This document shows, in pieces, positions 1-9,605 of a DNA stretch of 64,000 nt. How positions within the stretch are numbered: the first letter of the stretch is position 1; every line of letters begins with the position of its first letter. Source of the DNA: a virus (Duplodnaviria; Caudoviricetes); IMG/VR virus record IMGVR_UViG_3300042888_002988, positions 128,001 through 192,000 of that record; one strand, written 5' to 3'. Under the pieces are notes generated by a model. It did not search any database. It was not told where the DNA came from and saw only the letters and a program-made list of their open reading frames with translations. The translations under genes were made by a program, and so were the position numbers.

Positions 1-10
1 GGCGGCGTCC

Positions 11-709
11 ATGATGTCCAAGGCCATGCTGCGCGAAATGGTCCCGAATGAGGACGCTGTCTTCGTGCCGGGTCTGCTGCGGCTGCCCCGGGTAGCCTGC
101 TCCGCCACGTTGCTCGGGCCCGACGAACATTCGTGGGCACACATCGACGGCTCGGTAGCCGGCGCGCAGGGTTTTACGACCGTGACGATCACGCGCATCT
201 CCGCTACGACGGCGCGGATCGAGACAAACAATGGCGCAACGGAGGTCAGTGCCTATTCGCTCACGCCCGTGTCCGGCGGCACGTTCCGGCTTCATGTCGA
301 AAACGCTAAAAAATACGGCATTTTCGCTGATTTCGGCGTTACAAGCTGGACGGGTAGCGCCTACTTGAACGTCGAGGTCCCGCCGACCAGGTTTCCGTTT
401 GCGGACGTGGTGAGCCGCCTGAGAACCGATCGCACCATGATGCGCCTCATGAATGCTGAGGGCACCCTGGCTACGTTCGAGGCATCGCCCAACAACCCGG
501 CGCTGCAGGTCGGCATGGCAGGCCTCGCCATCATACGCCGTATGCTCAAGTGGACGAACGAAGCGCAGGCCGGCTACACCGTCACAGCTGAGGACGGCAT
601 AGACTTGCGTGAACCACTGGATAAGGTTTACAAATTTGCGCCAGCACTGATCGAGGGTATGCTACCGCCCGCCACCGATCCGGCACAACCCATAGGATTC
701 GATGTCTGA
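11..709 (+). CDS. Hypothetical virion/tail-region protein (true start may lie upstream of the window)
   Basis: 232-aa ORF overlapping the next gene; structural-gene context only. Confidence 0.5.
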   Translation: MMSKAMLREMVPNEDAVFVPGLLRLPRVACSATLLGPDEHSWAHIDGSVAGAQGFTTVTITRISATTARIETNNGATEVSAYSLTPVSGGTFRLHVENAKKYGIFADFGVTSWTGSAYLNVEVPPTRFPFADVVSRLRTDRTMMRLMNAEGTLATFEASPNNPALQVGMAGLAIIRRMLKWTNEAQAGYTVTAEDGIDLREPLDKVYKFAPALIEGMLPPATDPAQPIGFDV

Positions 710-2186
710 AGTAACGACTGCCAAAATCTTCGCAACTGTCAATGGGGGTGAATACTCCGCTGAGGGACTGCGGTTTGAAATGGACGTCAACAGCTTCCCT
801 ATGGTGAGCGCCAACATCGCCGAGACCAACGGTGCGGAGTCGGTCAAGGTGCCGGTATCGTCCGAGGTGATCGAGCGCATCGGCAAGCTGCAGCAGCAGC
901 GTCTGGCGGGCCGCACGAAGCCGGACTTCAATGTCGAGGCCGACGACGGCACCGGCGGCAAGATCAGCTACAAGGGTTTTATCTCCTCACCAATTCTGGA
1001 GATCACCAAGGTCAGCACGATTGACAAGATCGCGTCAGTGGGCGAGGCGGCGTTGATCGACGCGCTGGACCTGAGCATCTACAAGGCGGGCTACGTGACC
1101 GAGCGGCTGGAGAACAGCAGCAACGGCGGCGGCGAGCAGCTGAAGCCCATCCCGGCGGCCAAGGACGGCGACGTGCCTGGCACACTACGGGAGATCACCA
1201 ACGTGCTGGTGGATAACTTCGCGGTCACGCGCAACAAGGAGTATCGCGCGCTGTCCAAGCAGCTGCTGGATATCCAACACGGCATCAACACGAACGGTCC
1301 GCTGGATCTGTGGCAGGAACTGCTCGGAGCCAGCGACGTGAAATTCGAGAGCTGGCCGGCCGCTCTGAAAAAAGTTCCGACGATCGCCCGACAGCTGTCG
1401 GAGAACGTGAAGCTTTCGCTGACCGCCAGGACGCCGGGATTCTGGAACACGATCCGCGCGCTCATGTCGAACTTCCAGATGTATTACGTGCCGGAGTTCG
1501 ACGGCGTCGGACGCTTCGAGCGTGCCGACAAGAAGACGGCCGATCCCGAAGTGACGATGGAAGTCAGCGTCTCCGGAATCAGCGTGGCAGACGGTAGCCC
1601 TCGCATCCTGCAGCCAGGCGGCGTCGTAATGATGGGGCCGGCCACTCCAGCTGAGCGCGCCGAGGCCGAAGCGAACCCGCAGATTCCGCGGATCGTAGCC
1701 TACGCCCCGGATCCGCTGCTGCAGGGTTTCATCGAGCAAGCGCCGATTCCATTCTGGTTGGTGCGCGAAGGTGGTATTCCGATCTTCGGCAGCGAGGTGG
1801 ATACCCGCGGGAGCACGGCGGCCGGCGCCGCGACCGGAGTCGATCTCAGCTTGCCCGCGCGCAACATCCGCAAGAAGAAGGGCCTAGCATACAAGCGCGA
1901 AGCCGACACCGTGTCGGAGGGCGTCATGACGGAACTCTGCGAAGTCATGTTCAAGGAGCTGCAGCTGCAGCATGCCACCGCCGGCCTCACGCTGCCGCTG
2001 GATTTCAAGCTGAACTCCAACGTCGGCAAACGCGCCACCATCAAAATCCGCGGCAAGGATGGTAAGGACGGCGGCAGTTTCACAGCCTTCGTGACCGGCA
2101 TCACACATAGTGTTGACCTCCGCGCCGGAAAGCAGCTCAATTCCTACACGCAGGTGCGCCTGAGCCACGCCAAATTCTTCAGCTGA
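702..2186 (+). CDS. Putative baseplate hub / late-control-D-like tail protein
   Basis: 494 aa; C-terminal ...FTAFVTGITHSVDL...SYTQVRLS pattern resembles the end of gp27/gpD-like hubs; tail context. Confidence 0.45.
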   Translation: MSEVTTAKIFATVNGGEYSAEGLRFEMDVNSFPMVSANIAETNGAESVKVPVSSEVIERIGKLQQQRLAGRTKPDFNVEADDGTGGKISYKGFISSPILEITKVSTIDKIASVGEAALIDALDLSIYKAGYVTERLENSSNGGGEQLKPIPAAKDGDVPGTLREITNVLVDNFAVTRNKEYRALSKQLLDIQHGINTNGPLDLWQELLGASDVKFESWPAALKKVPTIARQLSENVKLSLTARTPGFWNTIRALMSNFQMYYVPEFDGVGRFERADKKTADPEVTMEVSVSGISVADGSPRILQPGGVVMMGPATPAERAEAEANPQIPRIVAYAPDPLLQGFIEQAPIPFWLVREGGIPIFGSEVDTRGSTAAGAATGVDLSLPARNIRKKKGLAYKREADTVSEGVMTELCEVMFKELQLQHATAGLTLPLDFKLNSNVGKRATIKIRGKDGKDGGSFTAFVTGITHSVDLRAGKQLNSYTQVRLSHAKFFS

Positions 2187-2188
2187 CC

Positions 2189-5100
2189 ATGGACCAGGAC
2201 GAACAATTTCCAGAAGAACAGGACCGCCTCTACCGCGAGCGTGAGCGCCTGCGCGGCCAAGATCCAACGTGCGCTACTGGTGCTATCAATCTGCAGCCGG
2301 ACATTGCGCCCGTCATCGCGGTAGGTAAGTGTGACGAACCGACCGAGCCGCAGGTAGCCGTCTTCATCCCGCCCAATCCTCCGCCGCTCGAACCAGTCGA
2401 CCCGGACCTGCTGCCTCCGCCGATTTTGCTGTATAGCCGTGAGGCGTCGGCACAGTGCCCCGCTGAGCAGGCGGATTTAACGCAGCTACCAGGCAACCCT
2501 CCGGTGCCTGTCATCATCGCAGCCGGCGCCGAGGTGCAGGAAGTTTACCTGGATGGAATTCTCGATCCTGGCACCGGACAGCCAGTGATCCCGCAGTCCG
2601 AGTTGTTCCGCATCGCGGTCTACGGTGCGGAGATGCAGGCCTACGTCACGTCGAACCTGATCCCGGCGATCATCTCCGGTGCTTTCGTGACGTTCGAGGC
2701 AGGTTTCGCAACGCTTACCGGCCTGTCAGGTCCGCTGGTCACCGCGATCCGTGAGGCTTTGGTCACTGCGCAGGTGCTGGCGGATGACATTGCGCAAGCC
2801 GCGGCTGAGTCCAGCCTGCTTTGCGGATGGTACAACCGGGAGCTGTGGGTGGTGTGCGATCCGGATCCTAACGGTCCGGGTTACGAGATCAAATATGAGG
2901 AGCCGCCGCCACCGCCGCCCGATTGGGAGCGCCAACCAGCAGGCGAATACTCGTCCACGATCAGCCAGGCAGACGCCGACGCGCTCGCCGCTATCTACGC
3001 AGCCATTCGTTTGAACTGCCTGGTGCCGAACGATGAGCAGACTGCTACCTGCAGCAGCGAGGATATTCTGGACGAGACGACGCCGATTGAATGGCCGTCC
3101 GCGTGGTTGTTCCCAACGATCAATGGCACGACGAAAAATCCCGATCCGCATCCTCTGGAGCTGCAGAACATCGACTCGTGGGAGTTCGCAGAGTGGCAGA
3201 CGGCGGACACTGCGCTGAGCACCGTCCCACTCGACACTCTCAACGGGCAGGAGTTCCTGCAGGTGACGCAGGTCGGTATAGGTCTGCGCCGCACGTTGCG
3301 AACGACCGTAGTCGTTCTGGAGGCCACTCCGGCCGCCGCTGCGCGCACGAAAGACGAAGCCAACGCGATCGCCTACAACTTGGCCGTGTCGCAGCTGGAC
3401 TGCTTCTTCCCCAACCGCCCGCGCGTGATCTCGTGCATGACGGCGGATTACGGCAACCCTGAGGTAAATCTGCGGGCCGATGCTATGGGACGAGACGACG
3501 ACGTCGCCGGTAGACTCGCGATGTATGTGGAGATGCGCGGCGGCGATCCCGACGACTTCGGAGGACCGGCCTACACACGCTTCAACAGCGGCGTAAAGAA
3601 CTTCGCGGCGCCGAATGAACGAGCTGACGAACGTCTCGCGTTTGAAGTCCGCTTGTGGCCCGGGTTCTTTGCGGCCGACAGCGCCGCGGTGGTGGCGGAG
3701 CAGGCCTACCAATACAGCGCTGGTTACCTGCAGTGTGATTGGATATCCCCAATGCACACCTGCACGTGCATCACCGAATTCACCTACGACGTTTCACCGG
3801 CGGGCGGCCTACTGCACCAACAGGGCGAGCCTGAAGACGTCGCGGACTGGAGCGGCATTTACAGGATCGACCCAGCCGACCCGTCGCAGCTTTCAGTACT
3901 CGACCCCGAGACAGGCGAGCCGCTGAATGCCAAGTTGGATCGCTCACGCTCGGTCGACGAAAATGAGCTGCCTCGCGGGCTTATCTTCAGCAACACGTAT
4001 CCCAACGCAGCGCTCGGCTACGGAGGCGACTACGAGTGGCCTGATCTGCCGCAGATCTGCCAAAGCTCACTGCAGTGCCTGTTCGTTTCCTGCAAGATGG
4101 CTTGCTGCGAGCCACGCCCAGACGAACGTCCAAAGATCGTCAACGAAGCGCCGAACTTCGCTTCGACGAACGCTGCTTGGGCAGCCGGAAGACAGTCAAC
4201 CCAAGCGGACCACGCTTCCTTCATGGCGCGTTGGTGGGCCGCATTGTCGCTGCAGGAAATTGAAGCTTGCTCCCTGAGCGCCATCATCAAGTTTCTACCT
4301 AAGCAGTATGACGATTGCACACTGTATGACGGCGACGCTGCGACGGTTATCCTCCCGATCACCACTGTCGCCGACGGCGCGAAGCGCATCGTGCACCCAG
4401 GACCGAACAACGGCGACGGTCCTGGTATGCCGGCCCGCTTCAAGTTCGGTGGCCTGCTGAAATGGGGGCAGACCTGGGCGGAGCCATCAACGATCGGCAC
4501 CGGCGAGACGCCGGGCGATCCTGGCGGCTACACGCCAGGTGGCACCGATCCCGCGAGCCTGGACAACGTCGGCACTGTGAAGGGCTGCCATAACCAGGAT
4601 CCGAACGGACTAGGTTCCTTGGCATACCCGGATCCCTGGGGATTCTATCACTGCGCTGAGGGTGTCGCCGAGGGCTACACGCCCTTCGGGCTGGAGGATC
4701 AAGCTCGTAGTCTGGCAGTCGGCCGCCTAGACTGCACGCACATCGCCTGGCCTCGTCACCTAGTGCTGTGTCCTCAGCACAACCAGCGTCCTTGGGGTCC
4801 GGTATGGAATCTCAATGTGATGATCGAGGGGGCCACCACCGGTGACGCTGACATGACTTCCGAAATGATGCTGCTGCCGCTGCTGGAGTGCCGCGACATG
4901 CACAACTACATGCTGACCTACTTCAACAATCAGCTCACGCTGCCGGGCCCTTCGATGGCGGTGGTTGGTAAGGACGAGTGCCTACCGCTGGGCCTCAGCC
5001 AGGCGGTGCTTTACGAAACCTGCGGGGCGGAGACGGAAGCTGACACCGAGGACATCACTCAGTCGGGCAGCGGACACGTGATCGTTTACTCGGGTTGCTG

Positions 5101-5947
5101 CCCTGACGAACTGGTCAAGAAGTTGTTTTTGGCCATCGTGGAGGAACCGATTTCCTACAACGAGATCCGCGATGCCAAGCAGAAGGGTCAGCTGGGACTA
5201 CCATCCGGCGTAGCCGCCGCTGAGACTTTCCGCCAAACCGGTGACGATGCCAACGAGGTGTATTACATCGGTTCCTTCCTGGTGACTGACGTGGGCGGCG
5301 GACAATACGAAAGGATCACCGTGCAGGCGCACTCCGGCCCCGTGATTCTGTCCGACACGTGTTGCGATAGCTCAAGCAGTTCCGGCAGCGGCAGCAGCAG
5401 CAGCAGCAGCAGCAGCGGTTCCAGCGGTGACAGCTCCTCGGGCGGTAGCAGCGGAGGCAGCGGCAGCGGTTCCGGCGGTTCCGGCGGTTCCGGCGGTTCC
5501 GGCGGTTCCGGCGGCGGATCGGACAAGTCCACAGCGATCGTGCCGGCCTCGTGGCAGAAGCACGGCTTCACCGCCCTGTTCACGGTGGAGAGTCCTGAAG
5601 TCGTATTCCGCGACACGATCCGGGATATTCCGATCAAGAGCCGCCGCACACGCCTACGTCTCGATCGCCGCTTCATAGAAGTCTGCGAGCCGCATACCCT
5701 GCGCGTAGCCAGCGTTTCCGGCGACAAGGTGGTCAACATCGGCGCCGAAATCGACGGCGATTATGTCGTGCTTACCTTACCGCGATTCTACTTCCAGAAC
5801 CTACGCTCGCCGCTGGTGGTGCAGATCGACATCGTCGGTATCCGCAAGGGCTTCTTAGCTACACGCTTCCCGGCGCGTGACTTGGAGCAGTTCGAAGCAA
5901 ACGAAGTCACAATCAACTCCGCTTACCCAGGCAAAGACCTTTCCTGA
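2189..5947 (+). CDS. Large Cys-rich tail-associated protein with DUF5977-like motifs, poly-Ser/Gly linker and C-terminal chaperone-like domain
   Basis: 1252 aa; PAGEYSSTISQADADALA-type motif; Ser/Gly tract near 5370-5520; C-terminal ALFTVESPEVVFRD...GIRKGF...RF resembles intramolecular-chaperone domains of tail spikes. Confidence 0.55.
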   Translation: MDQDEQFPEEQDRLYRERERLRGQDPTCATGAINLQPDIAPVIAVGKCDEPTEPQVAVFIPPNPPPLEPVDPDLLPPPILLYSREASAQCPAEQADLTQLPGNPPVPVIIAAGAEVQEVYLDGILDPGTGQPVIPQSELFRIAVYGAEMQAYVTSNLIPAIISGAFVTFEAGFATLTGLSGPLVTAIREALVTAQVLADDIAQAAAESSLLCGWYNRELWVVCDPDPNGPGYEIKYEEPPPPPPDWERQPAGEYSSTISQADADALAAIYAAIRLNCLVPNDEQTATCSSEDILDETTPIEWPSAWLFPTINGTTKNPDPHPLELQNIDSWEFAEWQTADTALSTVPLDTLNGQEFLQVTQVGIGLRRTLRTTVVVLEATPAAAARTKDEANAIAYNLAVSQLDCFFPNRPRVISCMTADYGNPEVNLRADAMGRDDDVAGRLAMYVEMRGGDPDDFGGPAYTRFNSGVKNFAAPNERADERLAFEVRLWPGFFAADSAAVVAEQAYQYSAGYLQCDWISPMHTCTCITEFTYDVSPAGGLLHQQGEPEDVADWSGIYRIDPADPSQLSVLDPETGEPLNAKLDRSRSVDENELPRGLIFSNTYPNAALGYGGDYEWPDLPQICQSSLQCLFVSCKMACCEPRPDERPKIVNEAPNFASTNAAWAAGRQSTQADHASFMARWWAALSLQEIEACSLSAIIKFLPKQYDDCTLYDGDAATVILPITTVADGAKRIVHPGPNNGDGPGMPARFKFGGLLKWGQTWAEPSTIGTGETPGDPGGYTPGGTDPASLDNVGTVKGCHNQDPNGLGSLAYPDPWGFYHCAEGVAEGYTPFGLEDQARSLAVGRLDCTHIAWPRHLVLCPQHNQRPWGPVWNLNVMIEGATTGDADMTSEMMLLPLLECRDMHNYMLTYFNNQLTLPGPSMAVVGKDECLPLGLSQAVLYETCGAETEADTEDITQSGSGHVIVYSGCCPDELVKKLFLAIVEEPISYNEIRDAKQKGQLGLPSGVAAAETFRQTGDDANEVYYIGSFLVTDVGGGQYERITVQAHSGPVILSDTCCDSSSSSGSGSSSSSSSSGSSGDSSSGGSSGGSGSGSGGSGGSGGSGGSGGGSDKSTAIVPASWQKHGFTALFTVESPEVVFRDTIRDIPIKSRRTRLRLDRRFIEVCEPHTLRVASVSGDKVVNIGAEIDGDYVVLTLPRFYFQNLRSPLVVQIDIVGIRKGFLATRFPARDLEQFEANEVTINSAYPGKDLS

Positions 5948-5952
5948 CTACT

Positions 5953-8613
5953 ATGCCCCCGCCAGTTTCATACGGCAGCGCCAAGTCGTCCGGCTCTTCT
6001 GGATCGCCCAGCGGTTCGTCGATAGGTTCCAGCGCTGGTAGCTCTGGTAGCTCTGGTAGTTCTGGTAGTTCTGGTAGCTCGGGGTCCGGTGGGTCTGACG
6101 GTGGCGGCAGCGATGGTTCTGAAGGGCGTGGATGCTGTCCCGATCTCGGCCCGCTGATCACCATGCTGTATAAGGTCAACGGGCGGACGGATAAAGACTG
6201 CTTTGAGACGTCCCCCGAGCCGCAGTCCATAACGGTAGTAATGAACGGCACGGTCGGTCTACCGCCGTGTCCCGAATGCGAGAACTACTACATCGTGCGA
6301 TTCGGCATCGCCGGGCAATCACGGACGCAGAACCTGGGTATCGGCGGCACGTTCTTTGCGCACGAATTTACTATCGATCCTGCGTTCCCGAACTCGGACT
6401 ACCCGACGTTTGCCTGTATAGAGGTGCAGGGGTCCCCTCCGCCAGCTTTGAATTGCTACGAGGACATCGACTCGAATTGCTGTGTGCACGCGGTGTTCAG
6501 GTCGCCGGATTATTGCGAATTCAGCTCGTCCAGTGATTCATCGAGCGACAGCGGCAGCGGCGCGTGCTGCGTCCAGGTCGAATTTATATCGCCCGTCGAC
6601 GGGCACAAAGTTTGCGAGGAGATGTTCTACGGCGGAGGCGTCTATGGTTACGAAGATATTCAGCTGACGTGGAACCCGAACATTAAAAGATGGATCCTCA
6701 CCATCGGCGGGCCTGGTAGCACGGCTGTGATATTTACGGGCAACGAGTGCCCCCACGGTAATATCGAATACGAGGGGTTGTCGCTCAAGTTTGGTCCGTG
6801 TAACGGTTGCGGATCAAGCAGCAGCAGCGGTAGTTCTGACAGCGGCAGCAGTGCGGGTTCCGGCAGCTCCGCTGGTTCCAACTCAAGTAGCGGCAGCACT
6901 TCTGGTTCCGGCAGCTCCGCTGGTTCCAACTCAAGTAGCGGCAGCACTTCTGGTTCCGGCAGCGTCGGTTGTGACTGTATCCAGCTGCGGTTCATTCCGC
7001 AGGGAGACACAGAAGAGATTTGCATTGAGCTTACCGGGGCGCCGGGGGGCTTTGGTATCGACGACATTTTGTTCGTTATAGGTGAGGCTGGTGTATGGAC
7101 ACTGGCAATCGCTGGCGACGTTTGCACACCGCCCCCTGGCGGTGGTGGTAGTGGCGACTGTCCGGCCTTCGGGGTGTGGACCGACATAGACTTGGGCGAC
7201 ATTCTGGTTGGTCCTTGTGACGGGTGCGGTAGCAGCCCGTCCGACTCTAGCAGCTCCTCTGGCTCCGGCAGTGCTCCCGACTCAACCTCTGGCAGCGGCA
7301 GCTCCGGTAGCTCTGGTGTATCGAGCAGCGGCAGCGGATCTGGTGGCTCTGGTAGTGGGTCTGGCGGATCGGGCAGCGGCAGCTCTGGTGTATCGAGCAG
7401 CGGCAGCGGATCTGGTGGCTCTGGTAGTGGGTCTGGCGGATCGGGCAGCGGCAGCACTTCAGCGTGCTGCGTGCAGATCGAATTTATCTCGCCTGTAGAT
7501 GATCAACGCGTCTGCGCGGAGATGGCTTACGCCGATGGCGTTTACACGTACGAGACCATCACTGTTGAGCACAACGGCACTGCTTGGATCGGCATCTATC
7601 CGGAAGGGGCGAGCTTGATAACCTATGACCCAGATTGCCCCTACGGCAGTTTCTCCATGGGCTTCGCGGACGCGGAGCAAACCGTCGTTACGCTGGGTCC
7701 CTGCGTCGGTTGCGGTAGCAGCTCATCTGGCTCCGACAGCGGCAGCTCATCTGACAGCGGCAGTAACCCTGGCTCCGGCAGTGGCAGCTCATCTGACAGT
7801 GGCAGTAACCCTGGCTCCGGCAGTGGCAGCTCATCTGACAGTGGCAGTAACCCTGGCTCCGACAGCGGCAGTAACCCTGGCTCCGGCAGTGGCAGCTCAT
7901 CTGACAGTGGCAGTAACCCTGGCTCCGGCAGCGGCAGTAACCCTGGCTCCGGCAGCGGCAGTACCCCTGGCTCCGACAGCGGCAGTAACCCTGGCTCCGA
8001 CAGCGGCAGTAACCCTGGCTCCGGCAGTAACCCTGGCTCCGGCAGTAACCCTGGCTCCGACAGTGGCAGTAACCCTGGCTCCGACAGTGGCAGTAACCCT
8101 GGCTCCGACAGTGGCAGTAACCCTGGCTCCGACAGTGGCAGTAACCCTGGCTCCGACAGTAACCCTGGCTCCGACAGTAACCCTGGCTCCGGCAGCAACC
8201 CTGGCAGTAACCCTGGCTCCGGCAGCAACTTTGGCTCCGGCAGTAACCCTGACAGCGGCAGTAACCCTGACAGCGGCAGTAACCCTGGCAGTGGCAGTAA
8301 CCCTGGCAGCAACCCTGGCTCCGGCGGCAGCAACCCTGGCAGCAACCCTGGCTCCGGCGGCAGCAACCCTGGCAGTGGCAGTAACCCTGGCAGCAACCCT
8401 GGCTCCGGCGGCAGCAACCCTGGCAGCAACCCTGGCTCCGGCGGCAGCAACCCTGGCAGTGGCAGTAACCCTGGCAGCAACCCTGGCTCCGGCGGCAGCA
8501 ACCCTGGCAGCAACCCTGGCTCCGGCGGCAGCAACCCTGGCAGCAACCCTGGCTCCGGCGGCAGCAACCCTGGCTCCGGCGGCAGCAACCCTGGCTCCGG
8601 CTCCTACCCATGA
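5953..8613 (+). CDS. Ser/Gly-rich low-complexity virion protein with three Cys-bounded domains and a GSNP-repeat tail
   Basis: 886-aa ORF with codon structure (ggc/agc/tcc) fitting this frame; globular Cys-rich segments alternate with S/G linkers. Confidence 0.75.
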   Translation: MPPPVSYGSAKSSGSSGSPSGSSIGSSAGSSGSSGSSGSSGSSGSGGSDGGGSDGSEGRGCCPDLGPLITMLYKVNGRTDKDCFETSPEPQSITVVMNGTVGLPPCPECENYYIVRFGIAGQSRTQNLGIGGTFFAHEFTIDPAFPNSDYPTFACIEVQGSPPPALNCYEDIDSNCCVHAVFRSPDYCEFSSSSDSSSDSGSGACCVQVEFISPVDGHKVCEEMFYGGGVYGYEDIQLTWNPNIKRWILTIGGPGSTAVIFTGNECPHGNIEYEGLSLKFGPCNGCGSSSSSGSSDSGSSAGSGSSAGSNSSSGSTSGSGSSAGSNSSSGSTSGSGSVGCDCIQLRFIPQGDTEEICIELTGAPGGFGIDDILFVIGEAGVWTLAIAGDVCTPPPGGGGSGDCPAFGVWTDIDLGDILVGPCDGCGSSPSDSSSSSGSGSAPDSTSGSGSSGSSGVSSSGSGSGGSGSGSGGSGSGSSGVSSSGSGSGGSGSGSGGSGSGSTSACCVQIEFISPVDDQRVCAEMAYADGVYTYETITVEHNGTAWIGIYPEGASLITYDPDCPYGSFSMGFADAEQTVVTLGPCVGCGSSSSGSDSGSSSDSGSNPGSGSGSSSDSGSNPGSGSGSSSDSGSNPGSDSGSNPGSGSGSSSDSGSNPGSGSGSNPGSGSGSTPGSDSGSNPGSDSGSNPGSGSNPGSGSNPGSDSGSNPGSDSGSNPGSDSGSNPGSDSGSNPGSDSNPGSDSNPGSGSNPGSNPGSGSNFGSGSNPDSGSNPDSGSNPGSGSNPGSNPGSGGSNPGSNPGSGGSNPGSGSNPGSNPGSGGSNPGSNPGSGGSNPGSGSNPGSNPGSGGSNPGSNPGSGGSNPGSNPGSGGSNPGSGGSNPGSGSYP
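6856..6951 (+). repeat. Perfect 48-nt tandem duplication (GSGSSAGSNSSSGSTS x2)
   Basis: 6856-6903 identical to 6904-6951. Confidence 0.9.
7309..7452 (+). repeat. Perfect 72-nt tandem duplication
   Basis: 7309-7380 identical to 7381-7452. Confidence 0.9.
7740..8600 (+). repeat. Nested coding minisatellite (ggcagtaaccctggctcc-type units encoding GSNPGS)
   Basis: Dozens of agtaaccctggc/agcaaccctggc units in variable higher-order blocks. Confidence 0.92.
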
Positions 8614-8628
8614 GCGTAAGTTTTAGAC

Positions 8629-8657
8629 TTGCGCCGCGACCGGCCACTCAGCATATT
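8629..8657 (+). promoter_or_regulatory. Putative sigma70-type promoter upstream of the glycosylation cassette
   Basis: TTGCGC-17 nt-CATATT, 16 nt before ATG 8674. Confidence 0.4.
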
Positions 8658-8673
8658 CACTACGCAAACCACT

Positions 8674-9429
8674 ATGAGCACCAATAGCAAACCGCACCCT
8701 AAAACACCCAAGAAACAAGCAGCCAGCACACCAGCGGGGGAGATCAACCAAGAGCCCCAGCTACTGACTGACTGGTTCGACAAGGTTTTCATTATCAACT
8801 GCGCGCACCGCCCTGACAGGCTGCAGGCAGTGAAAGAAGAAATTGTGGGTAAAAAACTCGGGGACTGGGACAAGATCACTGTTTCCCCGGCCATTATCGG
8901 TGACTACACCACGCACCCTGCGGGATGGGGAGGGGGCCGCGGCGCATGGGGATGCCTACAGTCGCACAGGCGAATCATGGAGGATCTCATGCACATGCGC
9001 GATGAGCGCGGTGACATGAACTGGGAGCGCGCTTTGATACTGGAGGACGACGTATTTTTCTTGGACAACGCCTTGCGTGACCTGGGTGACTTCATGCGAA
9101 TTGTGCCAGACGGCTGGGGACAAATCTATCTCGGCGGGCAGCATCGTGGCACGCAGCCGGTGCCGGTAATTCCGGGGGTGTTGCAGGGTCACTCGATCAA
9201 TCGCACGCACGCCTATGCCGTCAGTCGTCAGTTTATCCAGAAGATCTACTGCCACATCTCCTACATGATGGATTACAACGGCAACAACAAGCACATCGAT
9301 CACCAGTTGGAGCTGGCGCATCAACGCAAGGACTGGCTAGTATATTGTCCGCCCAAGTGGATCTGCGGGCAACGCGCGGGCGCGAGCAACATCAGCGGCA
9401 AAACTCTCCCTGACCAAATTTGGCAATGA
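8674..9429 (+). CDS. Glycosyltransferase family 25
   Basis: FDKVFIINCAHRPDRL, GAWGCLQSH and LILEDD motifs; start taken at the in-frame Met after an A/C-rich leader. Confidence 0.85.
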   Translation: MSTNSKPHPKTPKKQAASTPAGEINQEPQLLTDWFDKVFIINCAHRPDRLQAVKEEIVGKKLGDWDKITVSPAIIGDYTTHPAGWGGGRGAWGCLQSHRRIMEDLMHMRDERGDMNWERALILEDDVFFLDNALRDLGDFMRIVPDGWGQIYLGGQHRGTQPVPVIPGVLQGHSINRTHAYAVSRQFIQKIYCHISYMMDYNGNNKHIDHQLELAHQRKDWLVYCPPKWICGQRAGASNISGKTLPDQIWQ

Positions 9430-9605
9430 AAACGTCCGTAATACCAGGTCTTATGTTGATGGCGCGCACCGACGCGTCGCCCGATTATCTGCACGCGTTC
9501 CTCAGTCACCATGGTGTCAAGTTCGAGTCTATCAGTAAAACGTCATGGATCAGGCAGTCTGATGTGCCAAAACTCGAATCTGTATCAAATGGAAAATCTG
9601 CATGA
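9426..9605 (+). CDS. Small hypothetical protein
   Basis: ATGA overlap with the GT25 stop; fills the gap to GT2. Confidence 0.35.
   Translation: MKTSVIPGLMLMARTDASPDYLHAFLSHHGVKFESISKTSWIRQSDVPKLESVSNGKSA

Noticed and set aside
7625-8647. Long alternative-frame ORFs over the GSNP repeat (333-aa TLAPAA..., 315-aa and 319-aa minus-strand)
   Set aside because: Shadows of a stop-poor tandem repeat; the 886-aa frame has the globular domains and coherent start/stop, and no frameshift signal was seen
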